From Pirellulales bacterium (GTDB lineage Bacteria; Planctomycetota; Planctomycetia; Pirellulales; PALSA-1355), in the NCBI GenBank assembly GCA_963733035.1, contig CAVTBU010000005.1, forward strand, positions 224,001 to 288,000: 64,000 nucleotides of DNA, read 5' to 3'. Under the pieces are notes generated by a model. That model saw nothing but the letters and a program-made list of their open reading frames with translations, ran no database searches and was not told the origin of the DNA. Below are positions 1 to 9,916 of the stretch, piece after piece (position 1 is the stretch's first letter; every line of letters starts with the position of its first letter). The translations under genes were made by a program, and so were the position numbers.

Positions 1-1069
1 GATCTACGGGCGGAAGCCGAATTCTGAGCCGCAGGTCCAAGCGACCGGGCCCTGCGGCAAACGGTTCTGGTACCACACGAGCGGGCGTCACGGTTGCCAG
101 CGTGATCAACAGGCTTCCAGACAGGACCCAACCTATGGCCGAGCGTCGCCGACTGATCGGACGACGGCTTCGACCCGAGTCGAGAACCGCTCGCAATCGC
201 CGTTCCAAATGTGAGGATTTCAGCATGGCAGTCAAAAACGCGGTTCGCGGCGCATGATGGAGCCAATCGGCAATCGCTAGCAGATGACTTGCATAATCGA
301 TGCGTCCGGTTCCGGCCCGCAGCACGCTGTCGTCAGCCGCCTGCTCGCCGCAGGCCCGCAGTCGATGGCTGGCGTACCAAACGGCGGGATGGAACCACCA
401 CAACGCGCAGAGAAGGCTTGCCAACAATTGCCAGGCACAGTCTTGCCGTTCCACATGGGCCAGTTCATGCAATAACACGCTGCGTCGTTGGGCGAGCGGC
501 CAATCATCGGCCCCAGCGGGCAACAGTACGCGGGCTCGCCAAAAACTCCATACCGCTGGGGAAATGGGGTGCGGAGTGATCCGTAATTCGACCTGCCTTG
601 TGACGCCCAAATCGCGCTTTGCCATCGCCAGAGCCAATAGCCATCGAGCGTCGCGGCAGGCCCGCGAAGCACGGAATTGGCGGTTCGCCAACTGCATGCC
701 AAAAAATAAGTAAGCCAGGCAGACGAGCCCGCCCACCATCCACACGCTGCCCAGAACGAACGACCAGTTCGGAGATCGAAACGGCTCGGCAACAGTTGCC
801 GGTGAGATGGAGATGCCTTGCACGTGCATCGTCATCAGTGGAAGCCGCCAAGTCGGGGTGAAGGCCCACAACGTCGGTACGGCCAAAGTTCCCAGCAGTG
901 TCGACAACCACACTCGGTGTTGCACCGCGGCACTTGCATGCCTTAGCAGTTGGCTGACTGCGATGCCCGTGCCCAGCACCAGGCTCACTCTGACGAGCAC
1001 AATCACCAGTAGACTCAGCGGCGCATCGGCGTCGCGATGATAGGATAAGGCCTCGAACAGCAGCTGCAT
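1..1069 (-). CDS. M56 family (BlaR1/MecR1-like) membrane metallopeptidase, 3' end runs off the window
   Basis: Manual translation from ATG at 1069 (GAGG RBS upstream): MQLLFEALSYH..., hydrophobic segments, RSVLLHELAHVERQD (HExxH), WWFHPAVW, EQAADD, LERRLRAVLD. No stop before position 1. Absent from the ORF track because it is truncated. Lies downstream of the blaI-like gene. Confidence 0.9.
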   Translation of the reverse strand, partial: MQLLFEALSYHRDADAPLSLLVIVLVRVSLVLGTGIAVSQLLRHASAAVQHRVWLSTLLGTLAVPTLWAFTPTWRLPLMTMHVQGISISPATVAEPFRSPNWSFVLGSVWMVGGLVCLAYLFFGMQLANRQFRASRACRDARWLLALAMAKRDLGVTRQVELRITPHPISPAVWSFWRARVLLPAGADDWPLAQRRSVLLHELAHVERQDCAWQLLASLLCALWWFHPAVWYASHRLRACGEQAADDSVLRAGTGRIDYASHLLAIADWLHHAPRTAFLTAMLKSSHLERRLRAVLDSGRSRRPISRRRSAIGWVLSGSLLITLATVTPARVVPEPFAAGPGRLDLRLRIRLPPVD

Positions 1070-1158
1070 GGCGTCACCTCGTCGTACGTTTCGCTCGACA
1101 AGCACACCGCACCGACCAACCCGCTTTTAACAGTCCACCAGACACTTTAGGTGTATTT

Positions 1159-1563
1159 CTAGGTCGTCTCCTGTTGTATCTCCTTCTCCCGCGCAGTTCG
1201 CAGCAGTTCCTGTAGCCGGTCCAACTCCTCGGCGGAGAGTCGCGAGCTGTGCATGTCGATCAAGGCCACCATGGCCGCCTCGGCCGATCCGGCAAAGAAC
1301 GTGGAAACGAGCCTCTGCAACGCCGATCGCTTAGCCCGCTGGGGAGAAACGGTTGGGGAATAGACGTATCTCGGCCCGTCGGTCTTCTGTTGCACGTGCC
1401 CTTTCTCCTTGAGCACTCGCAGCAATGTACGAACCGTGGAGTAACTGGGGGCATCCTCCAGCGCGGCATGCACTTCACCCGCCGACGCGTGGCCGCGTTG
1501 GTAGATGATGTCCATGATCTGGCGTTCCCGCCGACTCAACGGGGGCAACGATTTGCGGGCCAT
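1159..1563 (-). CDS. BlaI/MecI/CopY family transcriptional repressor
   Basis: LSRRERQIMDIIY...SYSTVRTLLRVLKEKGHV...YVYSP...LVSTFFAGS; start taken at ATG 1563; paired with the M56 gene. Confidence 0.93.
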   Translation of the reverse strand: MARKSLPPLSRRERQIMDIIYQRGHASAGEVHAALEDAPSYSTVRTLLRVLKEKGHVQQKTDGPRYVYSPTVSPQRAKRSALQRLVSTFFAGSAEAAMVALIDMHSSRLSAEELDRLQELLRTAREKEIQQETT

Positions 1564-1596
1564 GCTGGGCGTCTCGCAAAAAAACTGGGGGGTTAT

Positions 1597-1614
1597 GTGC
1601 GCATTTTTTAACAC
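1597..1614. promoter_or_regulatory. Candidate BlaI-family operator, copy 2
   Basis: Minus strand GTGTTAAAAAATGCGCAC, 14/18 identical to the palindrome at 1654-1671; lies just downstream of the -10 box. Confidence 0.5.
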
Positions 1615-1618
1615 CCCC

Positions 1619-1647
1619 TTTGTACCCCCGGCCGGCGTGGGCGTCAA
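1619..1647 (-). promoter_or_regulatory. Sigma70-type promoter for blaI-blaR1
   Basis: Minus strand TTGACG (1647-1642), 17 nt spacer, TACAAA (1624-1619). Confidence 0.6.
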
Positions 1648-1653
1648 TCTGGT

Positions 1654-1671
1654 GTGCTTATTTCTTAGCAC
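1654..1671. promoter_or_regulatory. Candidate BlaI-family operator, copy 1 (GTGCT-N8-AGCAC)
   Basis: GTGCTTATTTCTTAGCAC is an inverted repeat just upstream of the -35 box. Confidence 0.55.
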
Positions 1672-1757
1672 TTCCGTAAGGTCCGCCGCGGCGTCGCACG
1701 TCCGGGCTCGCGGGTCACGCTTCGCGCCGTGGCGCCTGGACCGTTATAATTCCGTTT

Positions 1758-3185
1758 ATGTCGGGCACACCTCAACCTTCCGGCCACTCAACCGCCCTGC
1801 ACTTGCCACATCGCCGCGCGGTGCTCCGCGCCGGCGGACTTGGCCTGTTTGGCCTGGGGATGAGCGAGCTGCTAAAAGCGCGGGTAGTGGCTAGCGATGC
1901 CGCGGAGTCTGGCGCGGGAACGTTCGGCCGCGCCAAGGCATGCATTCTGCTCTTTATGTGGGGCGGACCAGCCCAACAAGATACTTGGGACATGAAGCCT
2001 TTGGCGCCGGTGGAGATGCGGGGCGAGTTTAAACCAATCTCCACCAAAGTGCCCGGCACGCACATTTGCGAACACTTTCCGCGGCTCGCCCAGCGCACCG
2101 ACAAGCTGGCGATCGTTCGCTCGGTGACCCATGGCGACGTGAATCATACGACGGCCACCAGTTACCTGCTGACCGGACAGCCCCCCTCGCCGGGCGACCT
2201 ACGGACCGATTGGCCGAACATCGGCGCCGTTCTGTCGCGGCTTGGACGGGGAAAGGATCCGCTGCCGCCATTCGTCTCGATGCGACCCAAACTTGAAAAT
2301 GACGTCCCTCGCTTCGTGGAGCAAAGCCACGGTCAGACCGCCGGCTGGCTCGGCCAGTCGCTCGACCCATTATCGATCGATGCCAATCCGGCCGCTGCCA
2401 ACTATCGCGTGGGCGAGTTTCATTTGCCGCCCGAAGTCTCCGTGGCCCGCCTGGAAGATCGCAAGGCACTGCTGGCCGATGTGAACCGACAGTTGCACCA
2501 CCACCGCCAAACCGCTGAACTTGGTGCCATGGACCGCCACGTCGAGCGGGCGTTCGAGATCCTCAATTCAGCGACCGCCGGCGGTGCCTTCGACCTGACG
2601 CAAGAACCCGCCGAGATGCGCGAGCGGTACGGGATGAATCCACACGGCCAATCCGTGCTGCAGGCCCGGCGTCTCGTCGAGCGTGGTGTGCCGCTGGTGA
2701 CCGTGTTCTGGCCCAGCGACGGGATCAAGAACGTCAGCGTGTATTGGGACACGCACAGCCGAAATTTCATTGATTTGAAGTCGAGGCTCATGCCGCCGGC
2801 GGATCAGGCCTTCTCGGCGCTGTTGGACGACCTGTCGGAGCGGGGACTGCTCGATGAAACGCTGGTCGTTTGGACCGGCGAGTTCGGCCGCACTCCCAAG
2901 GTCGGCCAGCGCAATAGCGACGCCGGCGCCGGACGCGACGGCCGCGATCACTGGCCCGGCTGCTTTACCAGCGTCTTGGCCGGCGGAGGAATTCGCGGCG
3001 GACAAGTCTATGGCTCGTCCGACCGCTATGCCGCCTATCCCGACTCAAATCCGGTGGCACCGGTCGACCTGGTGGCCACGGCCTATCATCTGCTCGGCGT
3101 GCCCCAGCATCAAACGCTTCCCGACGCGCAGGGTCGCCCGCTGGTGATCTGTCCGGGCTCGCCGATTCGCGACCTGTTTGCGTAG
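1758..3185 (+). CDS. DUF1501 domain protein
   Basis: RRAVLRAG Tat-like N-terminus, AKACILLFMWGGPAQQDTWDMKP, ARRLVERGV, WDTH, GEFGRTP, GRDHW. Confidence 0.92.
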   Translation: MSGTPQPSGHSTALHLPHRRAVLRAGGLGLFGLGMSELLKARVVASDAAESGAGTFGRAKACILLFMWGGPAQQDTWDMKPLAPVEMRGEFKPISTKVPGTHICEHFPRLAQRTDKLAIVRSVTHGDVNHTTATSYLLTGQPPSPGDLRTDWPNIGAVLSRLGRGKDPLPPFVSMRPKLENDVPRFVEQSHGQTAGWLGQSLDPLSIDANPAAANYRVGEFHLPPEVSVARLEDRKALLADVNRQLHHHRQTAELGAMDRHVERAFEILNSATAGGAFDLTQEPAEMRERYGMNPHGQSVLQARRLVERGVPLVTVFWPSDGIKNVSVYWDTHSRNFIDLKSRLMPPADQAFSALLDDLSERGLLDETLVVWTGEFGRTPKVGQRNSDAGAGRDGRDHWPGCFTSVLAGGGIRGGQVYGSSDRYAAYPDSNPVAPVDLVATAYHLLGVPQHQTLPDAQGRPLVICPGSPIRDLFA

Positions 3186-3247
3186 GAGCGGCATCGCAAG
3201 ACACTTCCGCATGGGATGCGAGCATCTATCCACATCGACGCTGGCTG

Positions 3248-3445
3248 TTGGCCGCCCTCGCGGCGGCGGTCGTCTTAGGCGGACTGATCTGGGTGAACGC
3301 TACGTCGCTGCCGCTGGGCCGACTTCCGGGCGACGTTCGCATCGAGGGCGAGCACACTCGCGTTTACATTCCCGTCACGACTTGCATTCTGGCCAGCCAC
3401 GTGCATTCGAGTCTGTTTTGGCTCTTGCGATTTTTCTCGCGATAA
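3248..3445 (+). CDS. DUF2905 family small membrane protein; start uncertain
   Basis: LGRLPGDVRIEG...VYIPVTTCILAS signature. The frame is open upstream; removing one G from ATGGGATG at 3211 would give MDASIYPHRRWLL. Confidence 0.75.
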   Translation: MAALAAAVVLGGLIWVNATSLPLGRLPGDVRIEGEHTRVYIPVTTCILASHVHSSLFWLLRFFSR

Positions 3446-3452
3446 CCGGCCA

Positions 3453-4751
3453 CTAAAACTGCCAATTGTCTTTCAGGATCGCCCCACGCTGCACGCAAAC
3501 GATGCGGTCGCGAATCACCGCTTCTAGCGATTCAAGCGGTGTATCCTCGGTCGATTCGATGCGGCGGTCGTTAGCCACGCGGACGTTGCGGCCGATGCGG
3601 CAGTTCTTGTCGACGATCGCCCCCGAGATGGTCGTTCCGGCGCCGATCCCCTGCCGCGGAATACCATCGGCGTCGGCTTGGGCCATTTCGGCCGCCGATT
3701 CGTATTCGTCATTGCCCATGAGCACCGAGTCGCGAATCGTCACATTGCTGCCGATGCGGCAACGGACACCGATCACGCTGTTTTCAATGACCGTGCCCTC
3801 CTCGATCTCGCAGCCGTCGGCCACGAGACTATTGCGCACCATCACGCCGTCGAGTCGCGAAGGGGCCAGGAAGCGTGCCCGAGTGTAAATTGGCGCCACG
3901 GCCGACGCGAGATCGAACGGTCGATTGTGCGCGGCCAATTGCAGGTTGGCTTCGTAAAAGGAAAGGATCGTCCCGATGTCTTCCCAATATCCATCAAATA
4001 AATCGACCTGCACGCGATGCGTTCGCGCGGCAGCCGGAAAGATCTCGCGGCCGAAGTCGCGGTAATCGGTGCTGGTGAGCAACTTGACGAGCGTTGCGCG
4101 ATTGAACAGGTAGATGCCCATGCTGGCCAGGCAATCGCGCCCGCGGCTTTCGATTCCCCGGCCGTCGATCCACGACGGCTCCATGCGGACGATCTCGATT
4201 TCCTTGTCCGTCTGTGGTTTTTCCAAGAAGCCGAGTACGCGTCCCGAATCGTCGACTCGCATCAAGCCCATGCTGCGGGCCGTTTCGCGATCGACTGGGA
4301 TGCCGGCAATGGTGACGTCCGCTTCGGACTCGACGTGTGCGGCCATCATCTGCCGATAGTCCATTCGATAGAGCTGATCACCGGAAAGGATCAGTACATA
4401 GTCGTACTCGGGCTGATCGATGTAGCGGAGGTTCTGCCGCACGGCGTCGGCGGTACCCTGGTACCAGTTTTCCGTGTCGAGCGTTTGCTGGGCCGCCAGG
4501 ATCTCGACGAAACCGGCCGTGAACGAATCGAAAGTGTAAGTACGGCGAATGTGCCGGTGCAAGCTGACGGAATTGAACTGCGTCAGCACATACATCTTAT
4601 TCAAACCACTGTTAATGCAGTTCGACAGCGGGATGTCGATCAGCCGGTATTTGCCGGCCAGCGGCACGGCGGGCTTCGATCGATAATGCGTCAGTGGATA
4701 GAGCCGCGTGCCACGGCCGCCACCGAGCACCAACGTAAGAACATTGCGCAT
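3453..4751 (-). CDS. glgC: Glucose-1-phosphate adenylyltransferase
   Basis: LGGGRGTRLYPLT..RSKPAVP, WYQGTADAVRQ, ILSGDQLYRMDY, FLEKP, ASMGIY, YWEDIGT, C-terminal beta-helix. Confidence 0.97.
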   Translation of the reverse strand: MRNVLTLVLGGGRGTRLYPLTHYRSKPAVPLAGKYRLIDIPLSNCINSGLNKMYVLTQFNSVSLHRHIRRTYTFDSFTAGFVEILAAQQTLDTENWYQGTADAVRQNLRYIDQPEYDYVLILSGDQLYRMDYRQMMAAHVESEADVTIAGIPVDRETARSMGLMRVDDSGRVLGFLEKPQTDKEIEIVRMEPSWIDGRGIESRGRDCLASMGIYLFNRATLVKLLTSTDYRDFGREIFPAAARTHRVQVDLFDGYWEDIGTILSFYEANLQLAAHNRPFDLASAVAPIYTRARFLAPSRLDGVMVRNSLVADGCEIEEGTVIENSVIGVRCRIGSNVTIRDSVLMGNDEYESAAEMAQADADGIPRQGIGAGTTISGAIVDKNCRIGRNVRVANDRRIESTEDTPLESLEAVIRDRIVCVQRGAILKDNWQF

Positions 4752-4878
4752 TGCGTCTACTTTCTGGTTCGGTTCGCTTCGGTCGCGTGGTCGACTCGAA
4801 GTCTTCTACTATTCATCGATTCAAGCGGCTATTGCGTCGCACCGTCGAAGGCCACACACTTCGCGGCTTGGATCTCCG

Positions 4879-7740
4879 TTATTTGATCACGAAGTTGACC
4901 ATCCGCCCCGGAACGACGACCACTTTGACAACTGTTTTGCCGGCCAAAAGCTCTGCGATGCGTGAGTCGTCACGGGCCGCCTGCTCCATCGCCTGCTTGT
5001 CCGCACCGGTCGGAACACAAATCCGCGCCCGTAGCTTGCCGTTGACTTGTACGGGAATTTCGATGGAGTCCTCGCGAATTGCCTCGACGTCGAACGAGGG
5101 CCATGGCTCATAAGCAAGCGTATGGATGTGCCCCAATAGGTGCCACAACTCCTCGGCCAGATGCGGAGCCATCGGCGCCAGCAGCAGTACAAACTTTTCC
5201 ATCACCGAGCGAGGCCGAACGTCGCACTTGAAGAAGAAGTTTGTGAACTCCATCAGCTTCGAAATCGACGTATTGAACGCCATCCGCTCAAAGTCTTGCG
5301 TTACACCTTGAATCGTCTTGTGCAGCATGCGATTTTGCTCGACCGTGGGCTCGACGTCCTGAACGGTCGCATTGAGTCCCAGTGTCTCGCTGCGCTCGTC
5401 GACGATCATACGCCAGGCGCGGTCCAAAAAGCCCCGCACGCCATTGACCCCTTCCATGCTCCAGGGCTTGGTGGCCTCCAGTGGTCCCATGAACATTTCG
5501 TAAAGCCGTAGCGAATCGGCACCGTATTCGCGGACCACGTGGTCGGGGTTCACCACATTGCCGCGACTTTTGGACATCTTGTAGGCTCGGCTCTCCAGCC
5601 GCACGTCGGGCTGCTCCTTGAGCACGAAACTCTCGCCGCTTTTGGTTACCTGGTCGAATGCCACGCGAACGGCCTTCACTTCGTCGCCACCCTTGATTAG
5701 CCGTGGATTGGCCTCATCGTCGGTATTCACCGCCGATGCGCTCACCCAGGTGCCGTTGGCGTTCTGATAGCCGGTCAATTCAACTTCGCCCAAAATCATG
5801 CCCTGGTTGACCAGCTTGCGGAACGGCTCGGGCGTGCTCACGTGCCCGCGGTCAAACAGGACCTTATGCCAAAATCGGGCGTAGAGCAGATGCAGCACGG
5901 CGTGCTCGGCGCCGCCGATGTAGATGTCGACCGGCATCCAGGCCTTTTCCACTGCCGGATCGACCAGGGCCTGGTCGTTTTTGGGATCGAGAAACCGCAG
6001 ATAGTACCAACACGAGCCGGCCCATTGCGGCATTGTGTTGGTCTCTCGCTTGTATCGCTTGCCATCGATCGTCGCGTACAGCCAGTCGTCCGGCGCCTGT
6101 TCGAGCGGCGGCTCGGGGTTGCCGTGCGATTGGAAATCGGTCAGTTCCGGCAGATTGACCGGAAGTTCGCCCGGCGGAACCACGCGCATCAGTCCAGTTC
6201 GCTCGCCGGTGTCGTCGAGCTCATGCAAGACGGGGAACGGCTCGCCCCAAAAATGCTGCCGGCTAAACAGCCAATCGCGAAGCTTGTAGTTGACTGCCTC
6301 GGATCCTTGACCCCGCTCGGCCAGATCCTCGGTGATCCGTTGCTTGAATTCGGCGGTCGGCAGGCCGTCGTAGCTGCTGGAGTTGACGCTCGTTCCTTCA
6401 CCCGGAAACACCCCCTTGCCGGCCAACACGTCGTCGCGATCGTTCGCGTCGGGGCCCGGGTCGACGACCGGTACGATCGGCAACTCAAACTGCACGGCGA
6501 ATTCGTAGTCGCGCGTGTCATGCGCGGGCACGGCCATAATCGCGCCCGTGCCGTAGCTGGCCAGCACGTAATCGGCAACCCAAATTGGCACCGGCCTTGA
6601 ATTGACCGGATTGGCCGCGAACGCGCCGGTGAACACACCGGTCTTTTCCTTGGCCAAATCGGTTCGGTCGAGATCGCTTTTGCGCGCGGCCTGTTCGCAG
6701 TACGCCTGCACCTCGGCTGCCTGAGCGGGCCGCGTCAACCGTTTGACGAACGGATGCTCGGGGGCCACGACCATGTACGTGGCGCCAAACAGCGTGTCCG
6801 GACGCGTCGTATAAACGCGGATCACGTCGTCCTCGGGCTGCTCCGGGAAACCCGCAGCGGCGCGATGGTTACGCCAGGCCTTGAACTGCATCGGCGAGGG
6901 CCTGCCCTCGGGCCCCGACTCGTGACCGATGAAGAAATCGACCTCCGCGCCGGTACTACGACCGATCCAGTTGCGCTGTATGGCCTTGATGCTCTCGGAC
7001 CAATCGACGCCGTCCAGATCCTTTACGAGGCGGTCGGCGTAAGCCGTGATCCGGAGCATCCATTGTCGCAGCGGAATCCGCACGACCGGATGGTTGCCAC
7101 GCTCGCTGAGGCCGCCCACGACCTCTTCGTTAGCGAGCACCGTGCCCAGCGCCGGGCACCAGTTGACCGGCGCTTCCGATTGATAGGCGAGCCGATGTGC
7201 GTCCTGATAACGCCGCACGGCCTCTTGTCCGGCGGTTGCTACCTCGGCGGGGATGGGCAACTCGGCAATCGGCCGGCCGCGCTGCTGCTGGCGGTCGAAC
7301 CAGGTATCGAACAGCTCGATAAAGATCCACTGCGTCCAGCGAAAGTAATCGGGATCGGTCGTGACTAGCTCTCGGTCCCAGTCGTAGCTGAAGCCCAGCA
7401 TTTGAAGCTGGCGGCGGAACGTGGCGATGTTTTTTTCGGTGGTAACGCGCGGCGGCGTGCCGGTCTTCTTGGCATGCTGCTCGGCCGGCAGACCGAAGGC
7501 ATCCCAGCCCATTGGGTGCATCACACTGCGGCCCCGCATCCGCAGGTAGCGGCTGATAATGTCGGTGGCCGTATAGCCCTCGGGATGTCCGACGTGAAGC
7601 CCGTCACCACTAGGATAGGGAAACATATCGAGCACGTAGACCTTTTCGCCCACGGGCATACGCGGAGCGGCGAACGTTTTGTGCTCGGCCCAGTAGCGTT
7701 GCCACTTGGGTTCGATGATGGCGGGATTATAGCGGGGCAT
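4879..7740 (-). CDS. leuS: Leucine--tRNA ligase
   Basis: [68 protein letters not shown]. Confidence 0.98.
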   Translation of the reverse strand: MPRYNPAIIEPKWQRYWAEHKTFAAPRMPVGEKVYVLDMFPYPSGDGLHVGHPEGYTATDIISRYLRMRGRSVMHPMGWDAFGLPAEQHAKKTGTPPRVTTEKNIATFRRQLQMLGFSYDWDRELVTTDPDYFRWTQWIFIELFDTWFDRQQQRGRPIAELPIPAEVATAGQEAVRRYQDAHRLAYQSEAPVNWCPALGTVLANEEVVGGLSERGNHPVVRIPLRQWMLRITAYADRLVKDLDGVDWSESIKAIQRNWIGRSTGAEVDFFIGHESGPEGRPSPMQFKAWRNHRAAAGFPEQPEDDVIRVYTTRPDTLFGATYMVVAPEHPFVKRLTRPAQAAEVQAYCEQAARKSDLDRTDLAKEKTGVFTGAFAANPVNSRPVPIWVADYVLASYGTGAIMAVPAHDTRDYEFAVQFELPIVPVVDPGPDANDRDDVLAGKGVFPGEGTSVNSSSYDGLPTAEFKQRITEDLAERGQGSEAVNYKLRDWLFSRQHFWGEPFPVLHELDDTGERTGLMRVVPPGELPVNLPELTDFQSHGNPEPPLEQAPDDWLYATIDGKRYKRETNTMPQWAGSCWYYLRFLDPKNDQALVDPAVEKAWMPVDIYIGGAEHAVLHLLYARFWHKVLFDRGHVSTPEPFRKLVNQGMILGEVELTGYQNANGTWVSASAVNTDDEANPRLIKGGDEVKAVRVAFDQVTKSGESFVLKEQPDVRLESRAYKMSKSRGNVVNPDHVVREYGADSLRLYEMFMGPLEATKPWSMEGVNGVRGFLDRAWRMIVDERSETLGLNATVQDVEPTVEQNRMLHKTIQGVTQDFERMAFNTSISKLMEFTNFFFKCDVRPRSVMEKFVLLLAPMAPHLAEELWHLLGHIHTLAYEPWPSFDVEAIREDSIEIPVQVNGKLRARICVPTGADKQAMEQAARDDSRIAELLAGKTVVKVVVVPGRMVNFVIK

Positions 7741-7944
7741 AAAGTCAGCGTCGCAATGGAGAACCGGGATTCAAGACCGCTCGCCAGACCACATCCTGGA
7801 TCGCTCCGGCGAGCGAGCAGAGAAGTACGCGATTTTAATGAGTTGCGATCGAATCGGCAAACCTAACCCGTTATGCGGAAGTTGGTTCGGAAGGCTCGAC
7901 CACTGCGCGAACATCCGGCGAGCTGCAGGTGGTTCGGATGCGCA

Positions 7945-7960
7945 CGGCACCAAAACTGCT
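7945..7960 (+). promoter_or_regulatory. Candidate sigma54 (-24/-12) promoter
   Basis: CGGCACCAAAACTGCT has GG-N10-GC spacing, about 60 nt upstream of the AI-2E gene. Confidence 0.45.
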
Positions 7961-8019
7961 AAAATCAGCGCTCCAATAAGCTGCAAACCTTGTCGTTGAG
8001 CCCTGTCTGGCGGATTTCC

Positions 8020-9900
8020 ATGCCCCGTCCCGAAAACGAAGCTGAAATTCAGAAGACCTTCACGCTGGCCCTGCTGGTAGTGGCCGTCCTCGCGCTCTAC
8101 TTCGCGGCCGATGTGCTGATGCCGCTGGCGCTGGCGATTTTACTGACGTTCATTTTGGCGCCGGTCGTTACACGGCTGGAACGCTGGCATTTGGGGCGCG
8201 TACCCTCGGTGCTGCTGGCCGTGGGCGCGGCCTTCGCGCTGGTTTTCAGCGTCGGCTGGATCGTCGGCAATCAGATGGTCGACCTGGCTTCGGAAACGAA
8301 CAACTACCGCAACAATATCGTTTCGCGAATCCAGTACTTCAAGCGGACCGAGACTGGTCCGCTCTCGAAGCTGGAGCGGTTGCTCACGCAGTTCAACACT
8401 GAAATCACCGAACCGGTTCGAAAGCAAATGGACACCGCAGCCGATAAGGCGGCCCAAGAGGTCGGTGCCGGAGCGATCACCGACAACCACGCGGCCGCCG
8501 AACGGCAGCCCAAACCGGTGCCGGTGCAGATTGTTCAGCCGCAATTCTCTCCCTATACAATTCTTACCGGTATCCTTCCCGGGGCGTTCGGATGGCTGGC
8601 AACCGCCGGCATCGTGATTGTGTTTGCGATCTTCATGTTGCTCGAGCGGGAGGACATGCGCAATCGGCTGATCCGCCTGACTGGCCCCAATCAAATCACC
8701 GTCACGACGCAGGCGCTCGACGACGCCGGCCGCCGGGTCGGCAAGTACCTCCGGATGCAACTCATCATCAATGCCAGTTACGGCGTGATGATCTCGCTGG
8801 GACTCTACCTCATCGGTTTGCCCAACGCCTTGACGTGGGGCCTTTTCGCCGGGCTGCTCCGCTACTTGCCGTACGTGGGCCCGTGGATCGGAGCGAGTGT
8901 CGGCATTCTGATTTCACTGGCAGTATTCAACACCTGGACTGAGCCGCTACTGACATTTGGACTGTTCGTAATTGCCGAACTGGTCGTCAACAACATGATG
9001 GAGCCGGTGCTGTATCATTCCAGCACCGGTATTTCCACGGTCGGCATTTTGGCCGCGGCGCTGTTCTGGACCTGGCTGTGGGGGCCCGTCGGGCTGTTGC
9101 TGGCCACGCCGCTAACAGTGTGCATTGCGGTTATCGGACGCTACGTGCCGAATCTTCGATTCTTGAACGTGTTGCTGAGCGACGAAACAGCCTTGCCGCC
9201 CGGAGCCCATCTTTATCAGCGGCTGCTAGTCAGTGACGAGGAGGAATCGCGCGAATTGGTCGAAGAGTTTCTTAAGGAGCATTCCGTCGACGAGTTGTTC
9301 GAGCAAGTGATGGTACCCGCCCTGATCCTCACGGAACAGGACGCCCATCGGGGGCAGCTCGACGAGACGCGCCGCCAATACATTCTGGAGAATCTGCACG
9401 ATCTGCTCGACGAGTTGCCCGAATTGAGTCCGCATGCGATTGAGGATTCCACAGAGCCCTTGCCGCAAGCCTCAAGGGCGGTGTTGATTGTGGCGGCGCA
9501 CGATCTGGCGGACGAAATCGCCGGACAAATGCTGCTCTGGCCACTGCAAGAACGCGGCATCGAGGCAACGCTACTTTCTCACAAGTTGCTGTTCAGCGAG
9601 GTCGTCGAACAGATCACCCGCGCCGCGTCGCCGCTGGTGGTCATTTCGGCCGTGCCGCCGTTCGCGGTGCGGCACGCCCGCAACCTTACCAAGCGACTGC
9701 GAGCGCGGATGGAGGGGGTGAAAATCATCATCGGACTCTGGAACCAGCAAGAACATAGCAAGCGTACAGACATGCGGCTGACTTCGGCCGGCAGCGAGCG
9801 GGTGATCGATCGCCTGTCGCAGGCAGTTGAAATCATCGAACGCCATATTCCAGCCAGGCGCAGAACAACCGACACGGCCGTCGAAGCAGGCACCGATTAA
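8020..9900 (+). CDS. AI-2E family transporter with soluble C-terminal extension
   Basis: PLALAILLTFILAPVV, LLRYLPYVGP, EPVLY, WTWLWGPVGLLLATPLT; C-terminal helical plus alpha/beta domain. Start taken at ATG 8020. Confidence 0.9.
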   Translation: MPRPENEAEIQKTFTLALLVVAVLALYFAADVLMPLALAILLTFILAPVVTRLERWHLGRVPSVLLAVGAAFALVFSVGWIVGNQMVDLASETNNYRNNIVSRIQYFKRTETGPLSKLERLLTQFNTEITEPVRKQMDTAADKAAQEVGAGAITDNHAAAERQPKPVPVQIVQPQFSPYTILTGILPGAFGWLATAGIVIVFAIFMLLEREDMRNRLIRLTGPNQITVTTQALDDAGRRVGKYLRMQLIINASYGVMISLGLYLIGLPNALTWGLFAGLLRYLPYVGPWIGASVGILISLAVFNTWTEPLLTFGLFVIAELVVNNMMEPVLYHSSTGISTVGILAAALFWTWLWGPVGLLLATPLTVCIAVIGRYVPNLRFLNVLLSDETALPPGAHLYQRLLVSDEEESRELVEEFLKEHSVDELFEQVMVPALILTEQDAHRGQLDETRRQYILENLHDLLDELPELSPHAIEDSTEPLPQASRAVLIVAAHDLADEIAGQMLLWPLQERGIEATLLSHKLLFSEVVEQITRAASPLVVISAVPPFAVRHARNLTKRLRARMEGVKIIIGLWNQQEHSKRTDMRLTSAGSERVIDRLSQAVEIIERHIPARRRTTDTAVEAGTD

Positions 9901-9916
9901 CGCTCGGCACAGCCCG

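Noticed and set aside
211..1040. Several short ORFs in the track on both strands
   Set aside because: They are shadows of the truncated M56 peptidase gene at 1-1069 (minus).
4017..7866. Long plus-strand ORFs antisense to glgC and leuS (and similar ones elsewhere)
   Set aside because: Typical antisense shadows in high-GC coding DNA with no recognisable motifs.
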